A stretch of 64,000 nt of DNA from an uncultured delta proteobacterium (GTDB lineage: Bacteria > Desulfobacterota > RBG-13-43-22), in assembly GCA_963802945.1 (NCBI GenBank), contig CAWDKY010000033.1, positions 32,001 through 96,000 of the forward strand, in the 5' to 3' direction. Below, piece by piece: positions 31,509 to 41,623 of this stretch. The translations under genes were made by a program, and so were the position numbers. The notes under the pieces were generated by a model. It was not told where the DNA came from. It saw only the letters and a list, made by a program, of their open reading frames with translations, and ran no database searches. How positions within the stretch are numbered: position 1 is the stretch's first letter; every line of letters starts with the position of its first letter.

Positions 31509-31796
31509 ATGAAGGATCAAAACAGTTTCAGGTCAAAATGATGCCGATACTCAAAACCAATATCCAAATAAGTAGCTGCCACTGAATTCCCCTCAATCCT
31601 CTTTTTCAAAGGGGGAAGTTCCTTCTCCCATGTTAAAAGAGAGATCGGGAGGGAGTCAAACAACTTATTTTTGTTTGCAATCAGGCCCTTTTGATGGGCC
31701 GGCAAATAATCAAGTCTCCGGCTTTGCCGGAGGTCAGGTGACTTGGGGAGAAGAACCATAATAATTTATGGCGGGCATCAAACGGAGACTTCAAAA

Positions 31797-34700
31797 ATGA
31801 AAGATGAAAAAAAGACCAAGGCGCAGCTTATCAAGGAGTTGGAGGAACTGCGCCGGCAGGTTGCCGAACGGAAAAAGTCTGAAACTGAACGCCTGTTTGC
31901 CAAACAGGCGGGCAAGCGGGCGGAGGAGGCCCTGCGGGAGAGCGAAAAGACCTTTAGGACTTTAGCCGAGAACGCCAATGATGGCATTTTTATAACCGTG
32001 GGCGAAGGGATTCAATCCTTCGCTAACGACCGGGCAGGTGAAATTACCGGTTACAGCGTGGCCGAATTGCTAAAAACAGAAATTAAGAACTTAGTACATC
32101 CCAATGAAGTACAAAAGATAATGGAAAGATATAAGAAAAGACTTGCGGGGGAGCCTTTCCCATTCCAGTACGAGACCCTCCTTATCCACAAAAATGGGAA
32201 GAGTGTACCCGTAGAATTGACCGCCGCGAAGACAGTTTGGCATGGACAACCCGCCGATTTGGTTATCGTCCGAGATATCACCGAGCGCAGGCAGGCGGAA
32301 GAGGCGCTGCAAAAATCGGAGATGAGATATCGTACCTTGGCCTCTACCCGAGACTCCATGTATTTCGTGGACAGGGAATGCCGGTATCAATTCATGAATG
32401 GGGCACATCTGTTGAGGCTTGGTGTGTCATTGGATGAGGTTATAGGCAGATCCTATGGCGAGTTTCATTCCGGGGAAGATACCATACGGTTTGCTGATCG
32501 AGTTGCAACGGTCTTCGAAACAAGCAATGTTGTACAAATCGAACACAGAAGTGAAAGAGATAATAAATATTTCTTGCGGACATTCAGCCCGGTTAAAGAT
32601 TTACAGGGGAACATTACCGGCGTAACAGTGATTTCAAAAGATATCACCGAGCGGAAGCAAGCGGAGGAGGCGCTGCGAAAAGAACGGGATTTTGCCGAAA
32701 GCCTGATTAATACAGCCCAGACTATTATCCTATTATTAGACCCAGAAGGTAGAATTGTCCGATTCAATCCTTATATGGAAAAGCTTTCAGGATATTCACT
32801 ATGTGAAATCCTGGGAAAGGACTGGTTCAGCACATTTTTGCCTCCGCAAGATCAATTGAGGATGAAGTCACTTTTTTCAAAGGCCATTGATGACATTCAA
32901 ACACGTGGCAATGTCAATCCTATCGTGACGAAGGACGGTCGTGAACGCATCATTGAGTGGTACGACAAGACCCTCAAAGATGAGAAGGGTAACACGGTAG
33001 GCTTGCTCTCTATCGGACAAGACATCACCGAGCGCAAGCGGGCGGAAGAACTGCTGCGTGTCAGCGAGGCTCGTTTAAAAGCCCAATATCAGGGGAGTCC
33101 TATCCCGACCTTTACCTGGCAGAAGAAAGGGGAAGACTTTCAATTGGTTGACTACAATAATGCAGCCAAGGTTGACACCAAGGGGGAAGTCTTAAAGTTC
33201 TTTGGGAAAACGGCTAATGAGATGTATCAAGATAGGCCGGAAATATTGCAGGATATTCATCGATGCTTTACAAAAAAAGAAGTCATTAAAAGGGAGTTAC
33301 GATCTCAGCATTTTATGCCTGGCAGAACTATGGCGACAACTTATGCCTTTGTCCCTCCAGATCTCATAATGGTTCACGCAGAAGACATTACCGAACGCAA
33401 GCAGGTGGAAAAAGAAGTCGAGGATTTCACGCGATTCCCCCAGGAAAATCCTAATCCGGTTTTGCGAGTTGAGCCAGACGGGCTAATTATCTATGCCAAT
33501 GAGGCAAGCAAAACATTACTTTTTGATTGGAATACCGAAGCGGGAGGTTATCTTCCCGCGTCTCTTTGTAAACTGGTCGTGGATGCAGTCGCCGGCAAGA
33601 CAAAGATTACGGTGGATATCTCTTGCGGAGAACGTGTATTTTTCATTATGTTTTCGCCAATCCATGATGCTGAATATGTCAACATTTACGGGATAGACAT
33701 TACCGAGCGCAAGCAGGCGGAGGAGCTGATACAAAAAAGTGAAGCGCTCCTTAAAGAGGCCCAGCATGTGGCCCACATTGGGCACTGGGAGCTCAATGAT
33801 TTAGCCGGATCCCCCAAATGGTCGGAAGAGATTTTCCACATTTTCGGTCTTGATCCTGCCCAGAGTGAACCTTCCTTCAAGGGCCTTCAGAAGTTTATTC
33901 ATCCTGATGATTGGGATAATTTAAATAATGCAGTCACCAAAGCAAATATCGAAGGTATCCCCTTTGATATTGAATTTCGGCTATTTCGTCCTGATGCCAG
34001 TATCCGCTGGATGAATGCAAAAGGCAGCATTATAAGGGACGGTGAAGGCCATATTGTTAGAACATTCGGTACAGCCCAGGACATCACCGAGCGCAAGCAG
34101 GCGGAGGAGGAAGTTCGGGCTTCCCGGGAACAGTTGCGCGCTCTGGCCGGTCGCCTGCAGGCGGTGCGCGAAGAGGAGCGGACCAACATGGCTCGTCAGA
34201 TTCACGACGAACTGGGAGGGGCCTTGACCGGCCTGAAGATCGATTTTTCCTTACTGAGAAGGGCGGCTTTGAAAGTAGAGGATGAGACCGTCAGAGCATC
34301 TTTGCTCGCCGGTACGGACTCCATGATTGAATCCATCGACTCCAGCATCCATACCGTTCGCAGGATCGCCATGGAACTTAGACCCGGCATTCTGGATGAT
34401 CTCGGTCTCGTTGCGGCTCTGGAATGGCAACTTAAAGATTTCGAGAAACGCACCGATATCCGCTGTGAATTTTTTCCAATGGTGGAAGATATAGCCCTTG
34501 ACGCCGACCTTTCTACAACATTGTTTCGCATTTTTCAGGAGACGCTGACCAATGTGGCCCGCCACGCCGGGGCAACGGAGGTGCATGTCCGTTGGCGCGC
34601 GGACGCAGATGGCTCCGTTCTGGAGATAGAAGACAACGGCAAAGGCATCAAAAAAGAAAAGATCCTGAGTTCAAAGTCACTCGGACTCCTGGGGATGAGG

Positions 34701-34823
34701 GAACGCGCCCAGATGTTCGGGGGACGCACCACCGTAACGGGAACCCCCGGAAAAGGCACAAAAGTGATGGTTAAGATCCCGCTTTGGGAAAAGAGAAAAA
34801 TGGATCGGGATCAGAAAGGATGA
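31797..34823 (+). CDS. Cytoplasmic multi-PAS sensor histidine kinase (HisKA_3/UhpB-NarX type)
   Basis: Six PAS/PAC units ending DITERK; REEER..ARQIHDELG; ELRPGILDDLGL; FRIFQETLTNVARHA; DNGKG; GLLGMRER. Confidence 0.93.
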   Translation: MKDEKKTKAQLIKELEELRRQVAERKKSETERLFAKQAGKRAEEALRESEKTFRTLAENANDGIFITVGEGIQSFANDRAGEITGYSVAELLKTEIKNLVHPNEVQKIMERYKKRLAGEPFPFQYETLLIHKNGKSVPVELTAAKTVWHGQPADLVIVRDITERRQAEEALQKSEMRYRTLASTRDSMYFVDRECRYQFMNGAHLLRLGVSLDEVIGRSYGEFHSGEDTIRFADRVATVFETSNVVQIEHRSERDNKYFLRTFSPVKDLQGNITGVTVISKDITERKQAEEALRKERDFAESLINTAQTIILLLDPEGRIVRFNPYMEKLSGYSLCEILGKDWFSTFLPPQDQLRMKSLFSKAIDDIQTRGNVNPIVTKDGRERIIEWYDKTLKDEKGNTVGLLSIGQDITERKRAEELLRVSEARLKAQYQGSPIPTFTWQKKGEDFQLVDYNNAAKVDTKGEVLKFFGKTANEMYQDRPEILQDIHRCFTKKEVIKRELRSQHFMPGRTMATTYAFVPPDLIMVHAEDITERKQVEKEVEDFTRFPQENPNPVLRVEPDGLIIYANEASKTLLFDWNTEAGGYLPASLCKLVVDAVAGKTKITVDISCGERVFFIMFSPIHDAEYVNIYGIDITERKQAEELIQKSEALLKEAQHVAHIGHWELNDLAGSPKWSEEIFHIFGLDPAQSEPSFKGLQKFIHPDDWDNLNNAVTKANIEGIPFDIEFRLFRPDASIRWMNAKGSIIRDGEGHIVRTFGTAQDITERKQAEEEVRASREQLRALAGRLQAVREEERTNMARQIHDELGGALTGLKIDFSLLRRAALKVEDETVRASLLAGTDSMIESIDSSIHTVRRIAMELRPGILDDLGLVAALEWQLKDFEKRTDIRCEFFPMVEDIALDADLSTTLFRIFQETLTNVARHAGATEVHVRWRADADGSVLEIEDNGKGIKKEKILSSKSLGLLGMRERAQMFGGRTTVTGTPGKGTKVMVKIPLWEKRKMDRDQKG

Positions 34824-35014
34824 ACTCGTAAAAAGTCGCAAGAACCCCTTTTTGTCATTCCGGGCTTGACTAAGCCCGCCCCGTACTTGATACGGGGGAA
34901 TCCAGAGGATATGGATCTGGTTCCCGGCTTTCGCCGGGACGACCACTGGACCCCGGCTGGAGTTTATCCCGCACTTGATGCGGGGCCGGGGTGACGACTT
35001 TTTACGAACTTGTC
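34819..35014. mobile_element. MITE with nested palindromes
   Basis: TIR GATGAACTCGTAAAAAGTCG / CGACTTTTTACGAACTTGTC; its left end contains the kinase stop codon. Confidence 0.7.
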
Positions 35015-35030
35015 AGAAAGGAGCCGCCCG

Positions 35031-35657
35031 ATGATCAGAGTGATTACCGTCGACGATCATCCGGTCGTGCGGCGCGGCCTGAAACAAATTATCGCCGCAG
35101 AACAGGACATGCAGGTCGTGGGTGAAGCGGAAAACGCCAGAGAGGCACTCCGCGTCATCCGCCGGACCGCCTGCGATGCGGTTGTCCTGGATATTACCCT
35201 GCCGGATGCCAGCGGTCTCGAGGTTCTCCGACAGCTTAAATCTGAACGTCCGGCCCTGCCTGTTTTGATCATGAGCATCCATGATGAAGAACAATACGCG
35301 CTGCGAGTGCTCAAAGCCGGCGCTTCAGGCTACCTGATGAAGAACAGCATCCCGGAGGACCTGATCAAGGCGATCCGGAAGATCACCTCCGGAGAAAAAT
35401 ATATCAGCTCCTCTCTGGCAGAAAGGCTGGCCTCGGACCTTTCTTCACCGGGAAAAGCGCCCCACGAGAAGCTCTCTGACCGCGAATTTCAGATCATGGG
35501 TCTGATCGCCTCCGGGAATTCGCTCAAGGAAATCGGCGAGGCGTTATACATCAGCGGCAAGACCGTGAGTAGTTACCGGGCCCGCATTCTGGAGAAAATG
35601 AACCTGAGCACCAACGCGGATCTGACTCGCTATGCCTTGGAACATCATCTCATCTGA
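35031..35657 (+). CDS. NarL/LuxR-family response regulator (UvrY/GacA-like)
   Basis: DDHPVVRRGL, LDITLP, GASGYL, LSDREFQ, TVSSYRARILEKM. Confidence 0.93.
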   Translation: MIRVITVDDHPVVRRGLKQIIAAEQDMQVVGEAENAREALRVIRRTACDAVVLDITLPDASGLEVLRQLKSERPALPVLIMSIHDEEQYALRVLKAGASGYLMKNSIPEDLIKAIRKITSGEKYISSSLAERLASDLSSPGKAPHEKLSDREFQIMGLIASGNSLKEIGEALYISGKTVSSYRARILEKMNLSTNADLTRYALEHHLI

Positions 35658-35716
35658 AAAAAGTCAATCAGAGGATTCAAGGATTCAAGGAGTCAAGGGC
35701 CGCAGAGCAGAGGGAA

Positions 35717-36088
35717 ATGCTAAAGAATTATAAAGAGCTGAAGGTTTGGGAGAAATCCTATCAACTATGTTTGGAGGTTTATCGGAATACCAAAGGATTT
35801 CCCAAAAATGAGATCTATGGTCTGATATCCCAAATGAGAAGGGCGGCTTTGTCGATCCCCAGTAATATTGCAGAAGGATATGGAAGAAAAACAACACCGG
35901 AATACTTGAGGGGTTTATACATTGCTTACGGCTCAGTTTGTGAGTTAGAAACGCAAATCTTGTTGTCTGGAGACTTAGGTTACCTGATAGAAAAAAGTTT
36001 ATCAAAACTTCAGGATGATTTAGGAGAGGTTGAGAGGATGCTCAAGGCACTGATAAGATCTTTAGAAAATAAACACTTGAATCCTTGA
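35717..36088 (+). CDS. Four-helix-bundle protein (23S rRNA IVS/bAvd-like family)
   Basis: LKVW..FPKNEIYGLISQMRRAALSIPSNIAEG..IAYGSVCELETQ. Confidence 0.92.
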   Translation: MLKNYKELKVWEKSYQLCLEVYRNTKGFPKNEIYGLISQMRRAALSIPSNIAEGYGRKTTPEYLRGLYIAYGSVCELETQILLSGDLGYLIEKSLSKLQDDLGEVERMLKALIRSLENKHLNP

Positions 36089-36122
36089 ATCCTTGAATCC
36101 TCGAATCCTTGCCCCCTTTCTC

Positions 36123-36320
36123 CTAAATATTGGCCAATTCATCTTCGTCGGGGATTTTGCCAAGCAACGGATAGGAAGAAAGGCTGGATAGACGGTTTTC
36201 GATTTTGTCCGCAAAGGCTGCGGCTGCGGAAGGATTGTCAAGGGCAATATAGGTGATGATCCCTCTCAGGTCTTCCTCGGCGGATCTCAACAACCGGATT
36301 GCATACTTAGGCGGCGTCAT
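36123..36320 (-). pseudogene. RelE/ParE-family toxin, C-terminally truncated (65 aa)
   Basis: AEEDLRGIITYIALDNPSAA..YPLLG; overlaps the antitoxin stop; the C-terminal strands are missing. Confidence 0.75.
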
Positions 36321-36579
36321 GGATAAGCTTTCGCATGTCTTCCATGACGTCGGAAAGAGTTCTTCCCCTATCACCGGCCGCTTTTTGAGATTGGGCGACG
36401 GCAAGCTTGCCGAACAGGTCGAGCTTCATCTGCAACTTGCCGTAATGGGCCATAGACATGACCACCAGGTCGCCTTCGCCGTTTTTTGTAATGAATATAG
36501 GTTCATCGGAGCGATGGGCAATTTGCGAAATTTGGTTTGCTTTGTTTCGCAGGTCTGAAATGGGTTTGATTTGGGGCAT
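36307..36579 (-). CDS. Phd/YefM-family antitoxin
   Basis: IKPISDLRN..EPIFITKNGEGDLVVMS; AGGAGG RBS. Confidence 0.92.
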   Translation of the reverse strand: MPQIKPISDLRNKANQISQIAHRSDEPIFITKNGEGDLVVMSMAHYGKLQMKLDLFGKLAVAQSQKAAGDRGRTLSDVMEDMRKLIHDAA

Positions 36580-36811
36580 AGGGTCCTCCTTGTTTTTCTC
36601 AGGATTATATCATTTTATTGATAATATCAAGAAGAAAAATAAGGCGAAAAACGGATTTCGCCGTTATCCTGCTGGACGTTCGGATGCCGGGGATGGATGG
36701 TTTTTAGGCGGATCTGACCCGCTATGCCTTAGAACATCATCTCATCTGAAAAACGTTAATAGGCATTGCTCCGAGGCAAAATGGTTTACACGAAAATCAC
36801 TTTTTCAACTT

Positions 36812-36906
36812 CGTCATTCCGGGCTTGACCCGGAATCCAGGAGGATAGGACTGGTTCCCCACTTTCATCGGGACGACGTCTGGACCCCGGCTTTCGCCGG
36901 GGTGAC
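36812..36906. repeat. REP-like palindrome pair
   Basis: GTCATTCCGGGCTTGACCCGGAATCCAG ... CTGGACCCCGGCTTTCGCCGGGGTGAC. Confidence 0.75.
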
Positions 36907-36994
36907 GGCGAGTAGTACTTTTTTAACCTGATTGACAAAACTTTGTCGATGTATCGGCATTAAGCGACTAATCGCTTTTGGTCAACACCTTCCT

Positions 36995-37012
36995 TGTAAG
37001 GGTATCCTTACA
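36995..37012. promoter_or_regulatory. GacA/UvrY-box-like palindrome
   Basis: TGTAAG-GGTATC-CTTACA, followed by a further CCTACA half-site near 37029. Confidence 0.6.
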
Positions 37013-37368
37013 AAAAAATCATCATTCCCCTACAGACAAACCATTACCGGCTTCGATAAAATAATATTTCCGGAGGTTTGTATCCTGGAATTTCGCTGAT
37101 AACAGATCGTTTTTAAACGGTCATCACCGTAAGACTTTAGGTGTTTGAAAAAGAGTTTTTGTTCACCGCAAAGACGCAAAGAACGCAGAGAGAATCATTT
37201 TTGTTCAATCCCTGAGAGGCGGGATTGAATCCCGCCCAGGCGGGACCAAATAATTACCCGCAGGGTAGCGAAGGTTCTTCTTTGCGCCCTCTGCGTCTCT
37301 GCGGTGGAAACATTTATTTCAAAAAGCTAAACTGATATCCATCATCTGTTTTGGAAAGAAAGATCGGC

Positions 37369-37749
37369 ATGAAGGTATTTCTTGTTGATGATTCAACTGT
37401 TGTGCTCAAAAAATTGGCGGCCATGATCTCCGGCATCAATGGCGTCGAAATCATCGGGCAGGCCATGAATGGGCGCGATGCGATCCAATCCATCCTGAAA
37501 CTGAAGCCCGAGGTGGTGATCTTGGACATCCGTCTGAATGGCGGCGGCAACGGAATGGATGTTTTAAAACGGATCAAAAAAGAAATTCCACCGCCCATCG
37601 TCATCATGGTCACGAACTATCCCTATCCCCAGTATCGGGAAAAGTGCCGGGCCCTGGGCGCCGACTTCTTTTTTGACAAAGTAACGGAAATCGAGAAGGT
37701 CTACGATACCTTCAAACAATTGCTGACTGTTCGAAGTCACAGAGTGTAA
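37369..37749 (+). CDS. Single-domain response regulator
   Basis: VFLVDDS, VILDIRL, VTN, FFDK. Confidence 0.88.
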   Translation: MKVFLVDDSTVVLKKLAAMISGINGVEIIGQAMNGRDAIQSILKLKPEVVILDIRLNGGGNGMDVLKRIKKEIPPPIVIMVTNYPYPQYREKCRALGADFFFDKVTEIEKVYDTFKQLLTVRSHRV

Positions 37750-37767
37750 GGGACCAAAGGGGATCAA

Positions 37768-40700
37768 ATGAACAAGATAAAAGATAGTCACGAAGGCATG
37801 AAAACATTGTTTGAAGGAAAAAAATTATATGCCGTCATTATTGCGTTTGTCTTTGTTTTTATCTTTGTTTTTATCTTTTTCATCACCTTTTTCGTTATAC
37901 GCCACCGATATAGTCTTGAGTTAGCTGATACCATCAAAGAAAACAAATCAACGGCGAAGCTCCTCTCCTCGCTCATCTATGAACACCAGAAGGCAGCTAT
38001 CAGTATCATGGAATCCTATGTACGACGCCCGACCTTTATCAATGCAGTAAAGAAGAAAGATTTTGATCAAGTTATCCCCCATCTGCAATCCTTACGCGAA
38101 CGTTACACTGAAATCGATGCTCTCTTTATTACCGACTCGTCAGGGAACCTCTGGGCCAATTTTCCGGTGGACAAGACGGGATTTGGGAAGAACCTGGCCT
38201 ACCGTGACTGGTATAAGGGGGTAAGCAAACATTGGACACCTTATATTTCCACTGTCTTCCGTTTGATTACTCTGGAAAAAGGTCTTGGTGTCGCTGTAGC
38301 CGTACCGGTATTCGATAGGAACGATAAGGTTATCGGAATACTGGGCGCTGCCCAGCGCATGGCCTTCATGGCCGTATTCATCAAGACAAAAATAATAGAT
38401 CCCGAAAAAAATATCACTCTCCTCGATCAGGAAGGAAATATCATATTCAGTAATACTCTTCCTTATGCAGAGAAAATAAAGAAATATCCTGCGGTGCAGG
38501 CAAGAGAAAATGCCGTTGCCGGAGTCATTGCCGATACGGAGATTACGGATGCAAAAGGCAAGGGCAAGATCTCCTATATATCCATTGCCCCGGTAAAAGA
38601 ATTGGGCTGGTCAATCCTTGTTGGAGAGGAGAAAGATACCATCCTGAAGTCATTATACGAGTATTTCATTCTCACCGCAGTTACAGGTATTGTCGTATTC
38701 CTCTTAATCACAGTCGGCATGCTTTATTTCAGGAGGCAGTACACCTACCGGAAAACAAAAGAGCTGCAGGCCAGCGAGGAAAAGTACAGAACCCTTTTTG
38801 AGGAAGCCTTGGACGGCATCTGCCTGGCGGATGCGGAAACAGGAATTATCATTGATTGCAACCAGGCCCTGTCGTCTTTAGTGCGCAGAGAGCGAGCGGA
38901 GCTGATCGGGCGACCACAGAAAATTTTGCATCCACTACAAGATGAAAAGGCGATTGTTTCCCTAACCTTCAAGCAACACCGGACCGACAAACAGGGCCAA
39001 ATCCTCGAAACACAGGTTATTACCGGGCAAGGCGACATCAGAGAAGTGGAAATCAAAGCGAATCTCCTGGATCTCCAGGGCAGAAAGGTCTTGCAGAGGA
39101 TATTTCGTGATATCACCGAGCGCAAGCGGGCCGAAGAACAAATCATACACCTGAATGCTACACTACATGCCATCCGAAATGTCAATCAACTAATCACGAA
39201 GGAGAAAGATCGAACAGTTCTCCTTGGAAATGCATGTCGAAAGCTCACCGAGGCGGGTAGTTATTTGGGCGCCTGGATTGCACTGATCGGGCCGGATAAC
39301 GGCTGGCAAGCGACCTTTGAGGCTGAACTTGGGGACACGTTCACGCCATTGGCCGGACAGATAAAACAAAAGCAGCTTCCCAATTGTGCCCGCCGCGCCT
39401 TGGAGAATCCGGAAGATGTCATTGTTTTCACCCCGTCTTTTGAGTGCGGGGAGTGTCCCTTGAGACAAAGCTATCCAGGAAGGGCGGGCCTGACTTGCTG
39501 CCTGAAATATGAGGGCACATTATACGGAGTACTCACGGTTTCCATTCCTGCAATGACGATCAATGAGGAAGAAAAGGCCTTGTTTCACGAGCTGACTAAA
39601 GACCTTTCGTTTGCACTACACGCTATAGAGGTCACAGAAAAACAGAGGCGGACAGAAGCTGAGTTGGCCGTGTCCCAGAGGCGTTATCAGGAATTATTTA
39701 ACAACATTGCCGTCGGACTTCTCCGGTCCACACCAGGCCCCAAAGGGATTTTTATCGATATGAATCCGGCCATGGTCAAGATGTTCGAAGCCGATAACCG
39801 AGAGCAGTTTATGGCCCTTCCCCCGAGCGAGATATATCTGGACTCAAACCAGCGCCGTATTGTCAGTGATACCCTTATGTCTAAAGGCTTCATCATAGGG
39901 GAGGAGATCAGGTACAAGACCCTCAAGGGGAGGCCTATCTGGTGCCGCATAACAGCGGTCAGGAAATCCAGTGAGAACGGTCAGGTCTATTTCGATAGTA
40001 CGATTGAGGACATCACCGAGCACAAGCAGCTGGAGGAATCTCTCCGAGAAAGTGAAGAGAAGTTCAGGAATGTTTTTGACCATTCCTCCATCGGCAAAAC
40101 AATTACGTCTATTGACGGTTCAGTGCAGGTTAATCAAGCGTTCAGTGAAATGCTGGGATATACGAAGGAGGAGCTATCAAACCTTAAATGGCAGGATCTT
40201 ACTCATCCGGATGATATTGTTTTGACTCAGGACCATCTCAATCAATTGCTGTCTGGTGAAAAGACATCCATACGATTCGTCAAAAGATACATTAGGAAGG
40301 ATGGTTCCATCATCTGGGGGGATCTGAATACCATATTACAAAAAGATGATAAACCATTATATTACATATCTGGAGTTGTGGATATCACAGAGCGCAAACG
40401 GGCGGAGGAGGAGATCATCAAGCTCAACGCCGAACTTGAACAACGCGTCAAGGACCGCACGACCCAACTCGAAGCTGCCAACAAGGAACTGGAGGCCTTC
40501 GCTTATTCAATCTCCCATGACTTGCGTAGTCCTCTGCGAGCCATTGACGGATTTTCCCGTATTCTTCTGGAAGAATACGAGCCTAACCTGGACGATGAAG
40601 GCAAACGGATCTGTTCCGTTATCCATGAAAACACCCGGATGATGAACCGATTGATAGATGATTTGCTGGCCTTTTCCCGTCTGGGGCGGACCGAGATGCA

Positions 40701-41157
40701 GCTTTCCCGAATCGATATGAGGGCGATGGCGAACTCGGTGTTTTACGAACTGACGACGCCGGAAAGCCGTGAACGTATCACTTTTCAACTTGGCACTATA
40801 CCCGTTGCTTCTGGAGATTCCTCGCTGATACGCCAGGTCTGGATGAATCTAATCGGCAATGCCCTCAAATTCTCCTCGAAACGAGAACGGGCAATCATTG
40901 AAGTGCACGGAGAAGAACGAGAAGGGGAAATCATATACTCGGTGCGGGACAACGGCGCAGGATTTGAAATGCAATATGTCGATAAGCTGTTTGGTGTATT
41001 CCAGCGTCTGCACAGCGCGAGGGATTTCGAGGGTAACGGTGTAGGCTTAGCCATTGTTCAGCGCGTCGTACATCGTCACGAGGGACGGGTTTGGGCCGAA
41101 GGAGAAACTGATAAGGGGGCGTCATTTTCATTTGCCCTACCAAAGAAAGGAGAGTGA
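37768..41157 (+). CDS. Membrane sensor kinase: Cache-PAS-GAF-PAS-PAS-HisKA-HATPase
   Basis: Two TM segments around a Cache domain (YRDWY); [17 protein letters not shown]; NLIGNALKF; DNGAGF; GVGLAIV. Confidence 0.93.
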   Translation: MNKIKDSHEGMKTLFEGKKLYAVIIAFVFVFIFVFIFFITFFVIRHRYSLELADTIKENKSTAKLLSSLIYEHQKAAISIMESYVRRPTFINAVKKKDFDQVIPHLQSLRERYTEIDALFITDSSGNLWANFPVDKTGFGKNLAYRDWYKGVSKHWTPYISTVFRLITLEKGLGVAVAVPVFDRNDKVIGILGAAQRMAFMAVFIKTKIIDPEKNITLLDQEGNIIFSNTLPYAEKIKKYPAVQARENAVAGVIADTEITDAKGKGKISYISIAPVKELGWSILVGEEKDTILKSLYEYFILTAVTGIVVFLLITVGMLYFRRQYTYRKTKELQASEEKYRTLFEEALDGICLADAETGIIIDCNQALSSLVRRERAELIGRPQKILHPLQDEKAIVSLTFKQHRTDKQGQILETQVITGQGDIREVEIKANLLDLQGRKVLQRIFRDITERKRAEEQIIHLNATLHAIRNVNQLITKEKDRTVLLGNACRKLTEAGSYLGAWIALIGPDNGWQATFEAELGDTFTPLAGQIKQKQLPNCARRALENPEDVIVFTPSFECGECPLRQSYPGRAGLTCCLKYEGTLYGVLTVSIPAMTINEEEKALFHELTKDLSFALHAIEVTEKQRRTEAELAVSQRRYQELFNNIAVGLLRSTPGPKGIFIDMNPAMVKMFEADNREQFMALPPSEIYLDSNQRRIVSDTLMSKGFIIGEEIRYKTLKGRPIWCRITAVRKSSENGQVYFDSTIEDITEHKQLEESLRESEEKFRNVFDHSSIGKTITSIDGSVQVNQAFSEMLGYTKEELSNLKWQDLTHPDDIVLTQDHLNQLLSGEKTSIRFVKRYIRKDGSIIWGDLNTILQKDDKPLYYISGVVDITERKRAEEEIIKLNAELEQRVKDRTTQLEAANKELEAFAYSISHDLRSPLRAIDGFSRILLEEYEPNLDDEGKRICSVIHENTRMMNRLIDDLLAFSRLGRTEMQLSRIDMRAMANSVFYELTTPESRERITFQLGTIPVASGDSSLIRQVWMNLIGNALKFSSKRERAIIEVHGEEREGEIIYSVRDNGAGFEMQYVDKLFGVFQRLHSARDFEGNGVGLAIVQRVVHRHEGRVWAEGETDKGASFSFALPKKGE

Positions 41158-41606
41158 CTATGAATAATTCTGTTGCCTTAGACATTTTGCTGGTCGAAGA
41201 CAATCCGCAGGATGCGGAGTTGACCGTGAGGGCCTTAAAAAAGCACCATCTGGCTAATAATATTATTACGGTCGAAGACGGCGCTGAGGCGCTTGACTAT
41301 ATCTTTTGCCGCGGCAATTATGCACAAAGGGATATGAACCGGGCTCCTAAGGTGGTGCTTCTTGATTTGAAACTTCCCAAAGTGAATGGTCTCGAGGTAC
41401 TCCGGGAAATCAAACAAGACGAGCGCACGCGATCCATACCCGTAGTAATCGTTACCTCTTCACGCGAGGATCCGGATGTCAAAACGGCCTACCGTCTCGG
41501 GGTAAACAGCTATGTCGTCAAACCGGTGGATTTCGATGCCTTTGCAGAGGCCATGAGCCAGCTTGGTCTCTATTGGCTTTTAATCAATCAACCGCCCAAA
41601 GGATAA
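41154..41606 (+). CDS. Rcp1-like single-domain response regulator
   Basis: [36 protein letters not shown]. Confidence 0.92.
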   Translation: MTMNNSVALDILLVEDNPQDAELTVRALKKHHLANNIITVEDGAEALDYIFCRGNYAQRDMNRAPKVVLLDLKLPKVNGLEVLREIKQDERTRSIPVVIVTSSREDPDVKTAYRLGVNSYVVKPVDFDAFAEAMSQLGLYWLLINQPPKG

Positions 41607-41623
41607 CCTGCAGGAGAAGAATA

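Larger units (their letters stand above)
35616..36760. repeat. 53-bp direct repeats (35616-35668 and 36708-36760) flanking an islet
   Basis: 49/53 identical by manual alignment; the repeat is the 3' end of the response-regulator gene. Confidence 0.85.

Noticed and set aside
31680-31745. c-di-GMP riboswitch upstream of the kinase
   Set aside because: GGCAAA is present, but the GEMM two-hairpin/tetraloop-receptor layout is not. CTCCGGCTTTGCCGGAG looks like a REP-type palindrome.
35717-36088. Diversity-generating retroelement (Avd-like gene)
   Set aside because: No reverse transcriptase. The nearby 53-bp repeat pair is short and its differences are not confined to adenines.
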